Positions 1 to 12,777 of a stretch of 64,000 nt of DNA are shown in pieces. The first letter of the stretch is position 1. Each line of letters opens with the position of its first letter. The stretch is from Bugula neritina. Its lineage: Eukaryota; Animalia; Bryozoa. The stretch lies in the NCBI GenBank assembly GCA_964035545.1, contig OZ037765.1:4226698-4290697 (forward strand), in the 5' to 3' direction. A model generated the notes under the pieces. The model saw only the letters and a program-made list of their open reading frames with translations, was not told the DNA's origin and did not search any database. The translations under genes were made by a program, and so were the position numbers.

Positions 1-196
1 GTAATTTGATTGTTGATATATAAATATTTTATATATATAATAATATAATTAATTATGGTATCTGATGATATACTGTATTACTAGCTTATATACTGTTTTA
101 TATGTTCTTATCAATGTAATCTGTATGTTACCAACTGATTAATGTATAATATGCAGTATATCAGTATTTCACTCTATTTTATGGTTCATATTCTAG

Positions 197-2975
197 AAGC
201 AATACTCTTTCCTCTATGAAATAGTCGCCGAGGCTTTAGACTGTGGAGATACTTCCATCGTCTGCTCCCAATTCTCTGAAACATTACAGAAAATGCGTCA
301 AGTTTGTCTTTTCTCCTTCTATTTCAAACATATCACATTTTCATCAAATATTTCTGATTACAAGGATGTTTTGTTCTTTTTATATACTTATATTTAGCAC
401 CCTTCACTCTGTTGGTAATGAATGGATATTATTGGTTGTTAGAGACCTGCTAGAGGTCAGAGGTCAGTGTTAGAGGAACAGTTCAGGATGGTCAACGCTG
501 CAACAGCTTCTTCCAAGCCCCGTCAGTTAATAAGTCCAAACGCAGTTTCCAAAGAGAATGTTGAGAAGAATCGAGATGAGACAGTTTTACCCAGTAGGTT
601 CTGGTATTTTCTCATTATGAGTAGTTTTGAAAGTTGTATAAATATACACCTTCATGCTCTGTAAAACTAAGTTATTTGATTTGGTAAGGCAAAGCTATCC
701 TTTTATTCTACACTATGCTTTAATAGACAGTTTTGTGCTTCTTTATCATACAAGTTGTTTGTCCAATTTCATGTATCTTTGAATCAAAGATACATTAAAT
801 CAACTAAATCCAAACACATATTTTGACCAATTAGTGTCTATGTAGTCATCACACTGTATCTTACAGCTGAAAGAAACTGCGTCTTTCTGCCATACATTAG
901 TGACTCACGTAATGGCTACATCAACGCAGTCTACTGTGATGTAAGTTGACTCACTTTTCTTGTTCTGAATAATTTTCAAACACCTGGTACTATGACTATG
1001 CATTCTGTTTGAATAATGGCGCTTTAAAGCAAGTGAATACTATACAGTATGTATGTAACTCTGTACACAGGGCTACCAGAACAGAAGGGGGTTTATTGTG
1101 ACTCAGACTCCTTTGACAGATACAGCTGAAGACTTCTGGCATATGACAGTAGACAACAAGTGCCCTGTTATAGTGTACCTGAATGACTGTCTGGTATGTA
1201 GATACCATGTGTGTAGCCCTTCAACCACGTCTGTCTGATGTGCTTTAGTATATTTCTCATTATAAGATCTCTGATGTAACAAGTTTCACAGAGTTGATGA
1301 CATGGATTAGCTTTTAATTCAGCTTATACTACTTTACAATTGTTAATAAGGGTATTTGAAAATGTACAAATATACACAAGTGACTGAAAACTCCAGCAAG
1401 TTTATAGTCACCATCCCTGTGAAAAAATCCTGATGGAAAGGGTTTTGTGTTATTTCGGGCTAAGGACTTATTCAGATGTGGCACAGGAGCAATTATGACT
1501 GGATGTTTTTCCTAACATCACAAATAACCTTTTCTGAAAATCGAACCCATTACTCCGTGGTTACTAGGGAAACGCTGTAGCTCCTAGATTATGGCTACTT
1601 TCTACACTTGACAGTGAGAGACAATCCTTATATGGTTTCACTTTAGAATGAGAAAGTCTATTGGCCGACCAATGGAGGTGAGATGTTTCAGTTTGGTAAA
1701 GTGAGCATAGAGAATACATATTCTCAGGAAATACTGAATATGGAGACAGGAGGTGGTGTGGAGACTAAGTTGACGTGTACTCATGGGAATGTAAGAGATG
1801 GAACAATTTATTTATTACAATTAGTTCTCTTTTATATCACTCATGGTGTCTGTACCTAATAAACCTTATTTTATAATTTTATTGCCTCAGCAGCGTATAA
1901 TATGCATAGTAAGAGTAGTGGATAGCAGCGAAACAACCTTGACCTTGTTAACATTGACACAGCAATTCAATTTTGGGTTTGTTTCTCATGTTGCTACATG
2001 TAAATGTGACATTACTTAGTTATATACTATTCTGCTGGTTCGTTGTCACTAACTTAGTTAGCTTTTTCATGAATTGTGAATAATTGTGATAGGAGTTCAA
2101 GTATTTCTCACCGCATGTCCTGATCGGGTGGCGAATATAAGTGCAAGTAAATTCTCTATCTCATTGTAGGTAGTATACAGAGTAGTTATGTTATATCTAA
2201 CCAACATTTTAATCATTTGTGGACTTTCTGTAGACCAGCCATGAAGTTACTCTGTTGGAAGTGAAGATTGCTGATGGTAAATTACTTTCAACCAATCAGC
2301 TTACAACTCTCTGTAATAAACTAGAGAAGTATACAACTGCAGGTCATCCCCCCATTACAATACAGTGTCTGTAAGTTACCCTCATTCCTCTCCCCTCCCC
2401 CTATCAGCAGCATATCTGTGATATTTGTAAACTCTAATAATACTCTGATGTATGCATAATTTTAAAATGTGTTTTTATTAATGAAAACAGTTTAGTAAAA
2501 TTATTATATTTAGTTTGAAATTATCATCACTTGTCTGTCAAAGGATATGACTACAGAGTAATTATACTCACTGTGTTGTAGTAATGGTAGTAGACTGAGT
2601 GGTATTCTAGTGATAGCCATGAATCTCTACCTCAGAGCTCGTATGGAACAGGAAGTTGATGTTGTTTTGGAGGTGAAACTGGCTCGTAGAAGTAGACCTC
2701 AGTTTATAGCTGACTCGGTAAGTTCTCTACTCATCACATAGTCTCTCTGAACATATTCTCTCTTTTTCCCTTATAAAGATTCGGTCTGTGAATGTTCCAA
2801 AATGTTTGGTGAGAAACTGTAGTGTCAGCTAAATATATAATATGACATCTTCATACTGAAATATAAAATTGCATATACTCATTAGAATTCAATGTTGTAG
2901 GAGTCGTTTGACCTTCTCTATGAATTTGTGTCCTCCTATCTCTCTGACTTTAATGATTACTCCAACTTCCGCTAG
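197..2975 (+). CDS. Receptor-type protein tyrosine phosphatase, 3' part (end of D1 + pseudo-phosphatase D2); 5' part lies outside the window
   Basis: Exons approx. 197-301 (KQYSFLYEIVAEALDCGDTSI), 443-593 (ENVEKNRDETVLP), 867-940 (GYINAVYCD), 1071-1193 (FIVTQTPLTDTAEDFWHM), 1647-1790 (YWP), 2234-2370 (ITIQCL), 2582-2717 (NGSRLSG...RRSRPQFI), 2901-2975 (YLSDFNDYSNFR*). All have AG/GT borders and join in frame. Motif order is that of PTP domains, and the tail resembles RPTP alpha/epsilon (DYANF). Confidence 0.9.
1386..1601 (-). mobile_element. tRNA-derived SINE (family also at 22194, 47916, 61274), in a PTP intron
   Basis: Reverse complement shares the body CATCCAGTCATAATTGCTCCTGTGCC...AAGTCCTTAGCCCG...CCCTTTCCATCAGG...TCACAGGGAT...CTATAAACTTGC and a B box (GGGTTCGATT). 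Ends approximate. Confidence 0.8.
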
Positions 2976-3779
2976 AACTTGTCTCTCAGCTGCAGCTGTA
3001 GGAAGATCTTGTCTGATGGATTTACACTGCACTATGTCTTCTATATACACATATGCACCTTTTTTCCGTATTTTGCAAAGTTTTTTATTCAATAATAATG
3101 TTAGTCATGTTTTTTATATCATAAAATATATTTTTAGATTTCAATTACAGTTTTCAGCATACCACATGTTGGAGGAAATTCTTTCCTGCTTTTATTTATT
3201 TTTATTTTACAGTTTATTGTAAATTGTTATACATTTTCCTTCAACTTTTTCTGCACAATTTAATAGCATCACTATTAGAATATTTAACCACATAATAATT
3301 TACTTCCGCACATTTCTTGTTTGTACTTTTGTTTATTCTGTATTTATGCCTCTCTTTCATACACACATACGCACGCACACACACGCGCACACACACGCGC
3401 ACTCGTATAAAGTGCTTATTTTTTTCCTATGATATTAATATTATAGATTTGTTTGTGCTTTCTGCAATAATATAAATAAACATACTATAAATGCAGCATT
3501 TTATAATATAATTATATAAATTGGAAAATTGACTTAGAAGTTAGGAACGTTAATCAAAAAAGTTATGTACTTTGACTGATTAACAATTTTAAATATCAAA
3601 TGGCAGAAACGAATTACCATTTATTTATAAAAATTTGTATTTGTAATACAGGAGAAAATAGAACGTAGTTGTTGTTTTTAGTTTTGAATGAAAACCTTGC
3701 ATTGGAAAAGTTTAGAGTTGTGTTCCTTTAGCAGCCGGGGATGGTTTTAAAGTTCAGCACAATTTAGTGGAGTAACACA

Positions 3780-3885
3780 TACTTTCAGAGTTGTGGTAAC
3801 ATGTCTAAAATTAACCAATCAGCTGAGTTCAGTGTTGATATAAATAGGCTAGCACCTGTACACTGCCTGCCATTTCACTTCAAGT
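3780..3885 (+). promoter_or_regulatory. Core promoter of TPR gene copy 1: CCAAT box, TATA box, Inr-like element
   Basis: AACCAATCAGCTG (CCAAT 3815-3819), TATAAATA 3839-3846, CCATTTCACTTC ~30 nt downstream. The same arrangement precedes copies 2 (8235/8262), 3 (12655/12679) and 4 (20189/20213). Confidence 0.7.
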
Positions 3886-3947
3886 GTTCAATCATTTATA
3901 TATTAATTTAAAAAATTCTATAAAAGCTGGTGTAGAAAACTACCAAC

Positions 3948-6554
3948 ATGAATCAAGACACTATGTGTTTAGATGGTAAGAATATATTCTCATGTCAAAG
4001 GGGACATATGAGTACCTTTCATCTCCTTCACATCAATTATACTTTATACTCTTTGCTTTGTCAACTTGAGTATCAATAGTTTATATATAATCGTCTAATT
4101 ACTGTATATATGTTAGTGTGATACTATATTATACTGCAGTTCTGTAATTGTTGTATATATTAGTGTGACACTGTATACTTCATGCATTCATATTATACTA
4201 TATATATATTATATACTCTTTGCTTTGTTAACTCGCGTATCAATAGTTTATTATATATAATCATCTAACTATTGTAGATATATGTTACTGTGGTACCATA
4301 TACAATACACAGTCATATGTTTGCTGCTTGCAGAATATACTCATGTTACTGTTATGCTATACTTACTATACAGTTTATGATTTAATGCATATGTTTCTGT
4401 GGTACTGTATACGTCATACAGTCATATTACATTGTATATTTCTTCTGTTTGCAGGATATTTTACTGTATATATACATACATGTATAAGTGATCACATATT
4501 ACTATATTATTACTATATAATAGGACTTAGCTTTGTTTTTGTTTCATAAAAGCTATTCTTATAAAATGTTAACTATTTTGTCACATTAATTGAATTGATT
4601 GACCTTTTGACTCTGTGCATTATAATACTAGTTAAAATACTTATACTAAAACATACCTGCATATAATCAATTTATCTACCTTTTTAATACTTTTGATTGC
4701 TATATTTGACAAAGTTTAATTCTGGCAGAATTTATCAATGTCCCGCAGAAAATGTTTTTTTAACAAACTCAGTATTCCTCAAATGTAAGTTATGGCTCCA
4801 TTTAATATAAATGCACAACATAATAACGGAAATCAACACGAAAGATTACATCATACGCATTTAAATAATGTTTTCACAGTACATACAACTAGTTTTAAGT
4901 CATGATAAACAATAGGGACTGCCTTTTCTTTTGTAGATTATTTCAGAAACTGGGAGTTTAGTCTGTTTAAAATTCCCCCAGGTTTTGACGTAATGCATAT
5001 AAGACGTATGGTGTTTGAAGAAAAGTACAGTGAGCATGGAAACTATGGTGCTGCTACAGTTCTACTGCAAAATAGAGATCTTGAAGAAGCTTGGAAATGT
5101 ATCAGTTATGCCCTGGAAATTGACCCAAACAGTGTTCATGCTTGGTGTAACAAAGGTGTCTACTATTTGAAGTCATCTCCTCCACAAGAAAATGAGGCAA
5201 AATTGGCTCGTGATAAAATGGAAGAACTTTTACAACAAGAAAAAGTAAAAAAGACTGCAGCTATTGAGTACGCCTACTGGCAATATAGCATCATTCGCAC
5301 AGCACAAGCAAAAGAAGAGGCGCCTAAGTTATTTGACAAACTACTATTTAATGAGTCCACAGAACCAGTGATTAAACATCACTATCTATACATGAAAGTA
5401 TTAACAAAGCATGCCAAGTGTTTTATTTGGAATGGGAAGGCTAGTATAACAACTGAGGTTCAAAGGTCAGTGCTAAAGAAGCTATTTGAGGAAGCATTAG
5501 TTCTTTTACAGACTAATTCACCTGACTATGAAGTTGCTGTCTGGCATAGTCTAACTTCAGTTCTACTTGAAAGGACATGCTGTAAGTTGATTCGTCAAGG
5601 CTTCAACGAAGAGAGGTTCGCCATAGATGTTCACAGGATAAGTGATATCAACAGCATGTTTTGTGTTAATAAAATAATAAACATTTTAGAACAATATCCA
5701 ACTCTGATAGGTCCCAGAGGCCAGGTGTATTCTACAATTGCGAAGGTACACCTTGAGAAGGCACAAAAAACTGAGAATTATACTGAGAGATGGGAGCTGC
5801 TAGAAAAAGCGTTGCCATATGGAGAAAAGTACCTGGAAGCAGAAGACAAGTCACCCTGTTTTGGATCTCAAGTATCTTCTGATATTCTAATGCAGATGTG
5901 GGCAATGAAGTACAGTGAAGCTGAGCCAGAGAGAGCCTGGAGTGTCTACAGAGAAATATTTGGAAATCAAGGTACAAGATAGAATGTAAAGTGAATAATT
6001 ATAAGTATTCTTTGTTGTCTTATCTTCTGTATATTTATCTTTAGTATAACATTTCAGAGATATTTGTCAACACCTGCATTATAGCTTCTTAATTATCAAT
6101 ATAGTTTTTAAAGTAGTTTGTATTTGTTTCAGGTAAATCACAAATGAACCTTTGGTGGTTCTTGTATCAAAGCTTTTACTCCGTGGAGGCTGATAATGAC
6201 CCTGATAGAAGAGCCTTGCTAGAGAAAGCAGAGCTGCATCTAGAAAACTACAAAAAGGAAAACCCATGTAAGTTTCTGTCAAGATTTGTGACAGTCAAAC
6301 TGCTTCTCGGATACCCTACAGAAGAAGTTGAAGCTGCCTTTCCTAGACTTGATAAACTTGAAACGAAAGAGCAAGAAGCATCGATGCTGGTAACATATGG
6401 CAGATTCTGTGAAATCAACAACAGGCATCAAGAAGCCCTTCAGAAATATCAACAGGTGTTATCTTATGACACAGGAGAAAATAGACATCTTTGGTATTTT
6501 AGAACGGCAGATGAAGGAAATGGAAGAATTAAAGAACAAATAAAACAAGAATAA
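3948..6554 (+). CDS. TPR-repeat protein copy 1 (IFIT/TTC22-like), 494 aa
   Basis: Exons 3948-3975 (MNQDTMCLD, GTAAG donor), 4937-5971 and 6133-6554; two phase-1 introns, 1485 nt total. TPR-like helices include LEEAWKCISYALEIDPNSVHAWCNKG and TYGRFCEINNRHQEALQKYQQVL. The family label is from motif recall only. Confidence 0.88.
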
Positions 6555-8367
6555 AATGTTCTGCATTGCCTCCACTGCATCTATAATCTATTACTAATTT
6601 CATGCTGCAAACAAATTAATATGCAATTGCTTATATGTTATTGAGTACTGTTACAATTATATTTATTTCAAAGTGCACCTACATGACATCCAAGATAATA
6701 TTTTTCTGTCTGATTATTATCCTTTAGCTTCATTCACTTCATACACAGCTTACATTTTTTATATATCGTATATGTAAACTAAAATTTTCATATATAAGTA
6801 TTTTCATATATAAGTATATATAATCCATGCATATTTTTATATATAACTTATACTCATGTATATAGCTTATATTTTCATATATATAATTTTTAATTTTTAT
6901 ATAGCCTATACTACTTCTATACACAGCTTTTGTTTTTAGGAATAGCTATTACTTCCAACTATATCTTATATATTTACATATAGCTTATATAGCCAATTAA
7001 AAGTTTTATCTAAACTCAAATTCTTGGGCAATTATTTTCCTATATATGAATGTTCAGTTTATATATTTATTCAGATTATGTCATATAATAACAATAATTC
7101 CTAAGATGTTGTTTTAATTATGAAACAATTATACAACTAGTGCCAGATATTTCACTTGAAACAAAAGATATATATACATATATGACATTAAATAGCATAT
7201 TTAACTTGAAACAAAAAACTTAATCTGCCTATTTATAAGCTCACCTCTTCCATGTAATAAAGGCATGTTTTAAAAGTATGAAAAGAAAACTAAGTAGAAA
7301 GACTCAATGACACATATAGGTGAAAGTACAGCTATGTAACAAACAATAACTATTACCTAGCTGCTCAACACACAGCTAGAAAACGTTAGAAAATGAACAT
7401 TTGAAACTCTTCAGCAATTTATTATCGCATAATCTTTATTATTCATATTTTTTTTATTAAGCACAATTAATATGCAACAGCAATTTAAACACAAGTTTTG
7501 CTTGAGCTATTAGTTGATAAAATGTAAGCTAAATCAGCAGAAACAATTTGAACAATTGGTCGTTGAGCTGACAAAAGCCTATAGAGTGCAAATACTGTAT
7601 ATAGAAATCAAGGGGATTGTATGCGATATAATGTTAACCAAATACATAATGGCACACATTGTTATTTATTGAAAAAGTAAAATAGCTGCGAGTGACTAAG
7701 AAAAACAATTCTTTGGAAGGGAGAAGAAGGTTCTATGACCTCATGACGAACATATTATATTATATCTCAATCTATGCCCATCAGCTGTTTTGGGGTTTGT
7801 CCCCTCTCCAGCACATGTACAATGGCGCACACATTCGCTATAGTAGAAACTAATGTTTATACTAAAGCATATTTAAAAGGTGTGACACCTAGGAGTCACG
7901 AGCCTTGCAAAATGCTAGCAGCTAGACAGTGTTACCATGGTTACAGAACTTAATCACTGAATGTCATTGCGGTGTAGAAGGTGAGAGCTTTATGCTTCAA
8001 TCTGTGGACAGTGATGGTTTCAGGAATTATCTCCTCATCGGCACAGAACAGAGTATCATATAAACACATATTTATTTGACATTTTTACATATAGTGGCTT
8101 GTAATAAAAGATAAAATTGTTTTTTAATTTCAAGAGTAGCATTCTTGTAACATTTATATGTTATAGTGATGAAGTTCAGCACAAAACAGAATAACACATG
8201 ACTTTAAGAGTTATGGTAACATGTCTAAAATTAACCAATCAGCTGAGCTCATACGTGTTGATATAAATAGACTAGTAGCTGTACACTGCCTGCCATTTCA
8301 CTTCAAGTATTCAATCATTTATATACTAATTTAGACAATTCCATAAAAGGTGTAGAAAGCTATCAAC

Positions 8368-10961
8368 ATGAATCAAGATACTATGTCTTTAGATGGTAAG
8401 AATATATTCTCATGTCAAAGGGGACATATGAGTAACTTTCATCTGCTTCACACCAATTATACTTTATACTCTGTGCTTTGTCAACTTGAGTATCAATAGT
8501 TTATATAATCGTCTAATTACTGTATATGTAATTGTGATGTCATAGTATATAGTTTTGTAATTATTGTATATATGTAACTGGTGTACTGTATATATACTTC
8601 ATGCAGTCATATTATAGTATATATATTATATGTACTCTTTGCCTATATATGTTATTTCTGTTCACAAAATATATTACTGTATATTATACATGTATAAGGG
8701 GTCATATATCACCATATATGACCTGTATATCATTATAATAGAACTTTTTAACTTTGTTTTTGTATCACAAAGGCTATTCTTAAATTTTCGCTATATTATA
8801 TCACATTAATTAAATTGAAACATTTTGGCTCTGCGTATCATAATACTAGTTAAAATACCTATAATAAAGCATACCTGCATATAATCAATTTATTTAAAAT
8901 TTCAACATTTTTAATTCCTAAATTTTATGAAAGCCAATTTTAGCAGATTTTGTCAATTTTATGCAGAGATTTAAAGCTATATTTCCTTAACAAACTTAGT
9001 ATTTATTGCAAGTAAGTTTGCTGTTCATGAATATGTGTATTTATATGCATTTATTGAAAATAAATACATAAATACATGACGCAATATGCACAAAATACTA
9101 GCATAAGTATTGAAATAGATTTTTCACAATAGCCTACATACAACTAATTTTAGTTTGTCATTTTTAAAGGACTGCCTTTTTTGCAGAATATTTCAGAAGC
9201 TGGGAGTTTAGTCTGTTTAAAACTCCCCCAGGTTTTGACGTAAGACATATAAGACGTATGAAGTTTGAAGAAAAGTACAGTGAGCACGGAAATTATGGTG
9301 CAGCTACAGTTCTACTGCAAAATGGAGATCTTGAAGATGCCAGTAATTGTATCCGTTATGCCCTTGAAGGTGACCCAAACAGCGTGCATGCTTGGTGTAA
9401 CAAAGGTGTTTACTATTTGAAGTCATCTCCTCCACAAGAACATGAGGCAAGATCGGCTCGTGATAAAATGGAAGAGCTCTTACAACAGGATGAAGCAAGA
9501 AAGACTGCAGCTATTGAGTACGCCTACTGGAGATATGACATCATTCGCACAGCACAAGAAAAAAAAGAGGCGCTTGAGTTATTTGACAGACTATTATCTA
9601 ATGAGCCCACAGAACCAGTGATTAAACATCACTATTTATACATGAAAGCGTTAACAAGTCATGCCAAGCATTATAATCCTAACAGCAATGCTGCCAGTGA
9701 GCCCCTAAAGTCAGTGCTAAAGAAACTATTCAAGGAAGCATTAGTTCTTTTACAGACAAATTCACCAAACCTCCAAGTTACTGTTTGGAGTAACCTAGCT
9801 TTTGTTCTACTGGTCAGGACATGCTGTGATTTGATTCGTCACGATTTCGATGGAGAGGGGTTCTCAATACATGTCCACAGAATAAGTGAAATCGACAGGA
9901 TGTTTTGTATTGATAAAATAATAAACATTTTAGAACAACATCCAACTCTGGTGGCTCCTGGACACCAGGTGTTTGCTATAATTGCGAAGGCGTATCGTAC
10001 CATGTCACAGGAAGCTGAGAATTACGCTGCCAGATGGAGGCTGCTAGAGACAGCGTTGGAATATGGAGAAAAGTACCTGGAAGCAGAAGACAAGTCACCC
10101 TGTTTTGGATCTCAAGTATCTTCTGATATTCTAATGCAGATGTGGGCAATGAAGTACAGTAAAGCTGAGCCAGAGAAAGCCTGGAGTGCCTACAGAGAAA
10201 TATTTGGAAATCAAGGTACAAGATAGAATGTAAAGTGAATAATTATAAGTGAAACTAACTTATCAATAGCAGAGTTTGAACTCTTATACAGCGTTATAAC
10301 TTCTTCATCACTCACTAAGCAGTGTTGAGTTAGCAGGCTGTGGTTTTGACTCACTCTATCTGTATATCTACAGTGATGCTGATCATTATTTCACATGTAA
10401 ACCAGGTGTTTCTCCACCTTGTCTAGCAGCTCTGTGTAATCCAGCTGACAGGTCTATGCTTACAATCCCAGCATTTAGTATATTTCAGGTGTGTCAGTGA
10501 CACCTGATCGCATATTGTTTTTAAAGTAGTTTGTGTTTGGTTTAGCTAAATCAAGGCCGTTGCAATTCTTGTCCAATGAATTCTACTCCGTGGAAGCTGA
10601 TAATGACCCTGACAGAAAAGCCTTGCTAGAGAAAGCAAAACAGCATCTAGAGAACTACAAAAGGGAAAACCCATGTAAGTTTCTGTCAAGATTTGTGACA
10701 GTCAAACTGCTTCTCGGATACCCTAAAGAAGAAATTGAAGCTGTCTTTCCTAGACTCGATGAACTGGAAACGAATGAGCTAAAAGCAGCAGTGCTGGCAA
10801 CTTATGGCAGGTTTTGTGAAATCAACAACAGGCTTCAAGAAGCTCTTCAGAAATATGAACAGGTGCTATCTTATGATACAGGAGAAAAAATATATCTTTG
10901 GTATTTCAGAATGGCACGTCAAGGTATTGAAAGAATTAGAGAACAATTGAATAAAGAATAA
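8368..10961 (+). CDS. TPR-repeat protein copy 2 (IFIT/TTC22-like), 490 aa
   Basis: Exons 8368-8395, 9187-10215 and 10546-10961; same phases as copy 1, open frame of 1473 nt. Confidence 0.88.
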
Positions 10962-12777
10962 AATGTTCTGCATTAACTACACTGCATCTATCTATTACTA
11001 ACTTCACGCTGCAAACAAATTAATATACAATTACCAGGTTATTGAGTACTGTCACAATTATATTTATTTCGAAGCACTGAAATGATATCTAAGCTAATAT
11101 TTGTGTGTCTAATTATTATTCTTCTGATTCATTCAGTTTTTAAATTATATATAGCATACATTTTTATATATCCTATATGTAAACTAAATTTTCATATATA
11201 ACAATTTATATATTTTCTATATAATCCATACATTTTTATATATAACTTATATTTATGTATATAGCCTATATCTTTTTATATATATACCATTTTTAATTTT
11301 TGTATAGCCTATATTTTTATACGCAACTTTTGATTGTTTGTATAGCCATTATTTTCATCTATAGCTTACATAACTTATACAGCCAGCTTAAAGTTTTACC
11401 CAAACTCAAATTCTTGGGCAATTATTTTTCTTTATGCATGCTCAGTTTATGCTTATTCAGATTATGTCATATAATAACAATAATTCCTAAGATGTTGTTT
11501 TAATTATGAAACAATTATATAACTAGTGCAAGATATTTCACTTGAAACAAAAGATATATACATATATGACATTATGTGGCATATTTAACTTCAAACAAAA
11601 AACTTAATCTGCCTATTTACAAGCTCACCTCTTCCATGTAATAAAGGCATGTTTTTAAAGTATGAAAAGAAAACTAAGCAGAAAGACTCAATGACACATA
11701 TAGGTGAAAGTAAAGCTAATTATCAGGGAAACAGCTAACTATTACCAGCTGTTCAACATGCGGTTAGAAAACGTTAGAAAATGAACATTTGAAACTCTTC
11801 AGCAATTTATTATCATACTCTTTATTATTCATATTTTTTTTAATAAGCATAATATGTAACAACAATTTTAACACAAGTTTTGCTTAAGCTATTAGTTGAT
11901 AAAAGGTAAGCTAAGTCAGCAGAAACAATTTGAGCAATTGGTCGTTGAGCTGGCAAAAGCCTATAGAGTGCAAATACTGTATATAGAAATCAAGGCGATT
12001 GTGCGAGATATAATGTTAACCAAATACATAATGGCACACATTGTTATTTATTGAAAAAGTGAAATAGCTGAGAGTGACTAAGAAAAACAATTCTTTGGAG
12101 GGGAGTAGAAGGTTCTATGACCTCATGACATACTTATTATATTATATCTCAATCTATGCACAGCAGCTGTTTCGAGATTTGTCCCCTCTTCAGCACATGT
12201 ACAATGGCGCACACCTTTGCAATAGTAGAAACTTATGTCTATACTAAAGCATATTTAAAGGTGTGTAAACTCATGCCAGAGAGCTCAAGTGACTCCAGTA
12301 GTCACGTATGAGTCATGAGCCTTCCTAGCAGCTTGAGTTTGTTACCATGGTTACAGAGCTCAATCACTGAATGTCATTGTGGTGTAGAATGTGAGAGCTT
12401 TATACCTCAATCTGTGGACAGTGATGGTTTCGGGAATTATCTCCTCATCAGCACAGAACAAAATACCATACATACACATATTTATTTGACATTTTTACAT
12501 ATAGTTGCTTGTAATAGAAGATAAAATTTACCATGGCTGTTTTTTAATTTCAAGTATGGAATTCTTTCAACATTTATATGTCAAAGTGATGAAGTTTAAC
12601 ACAAAATAGAATAACACATGACTTTGAGAGTTGTGGTAACATGTCTAAAATTAACCAATCAGCTGAGCTCAGTGTTGATATAAATAGGCTGTACACTGCC
12701 TGCCATTTCACTTCAAGTGTTCAATCATTTATATATTAGTTTAGACAATTCCATAAAAGGTGAAGAAAGCTACCAAC

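Noticed and set aside
5732-5977. Antisense 81-87 aa ORF (MYLDFQIF...) recurring in all five TPR copies
   Set aside because: Starts at TTG and shadows the most conserved coding block; recurrence is explained by paralogy, with no independent coding signal.
6144-6554. Treating the ~330-aa and ~135-aa ORFs as a two-gene module (toxin/antitoxin or operon-like)
   Set aside because: Matching phase-1 GT/AG sites join them in frame in all copies; they are exons of one eukaryotic gene.
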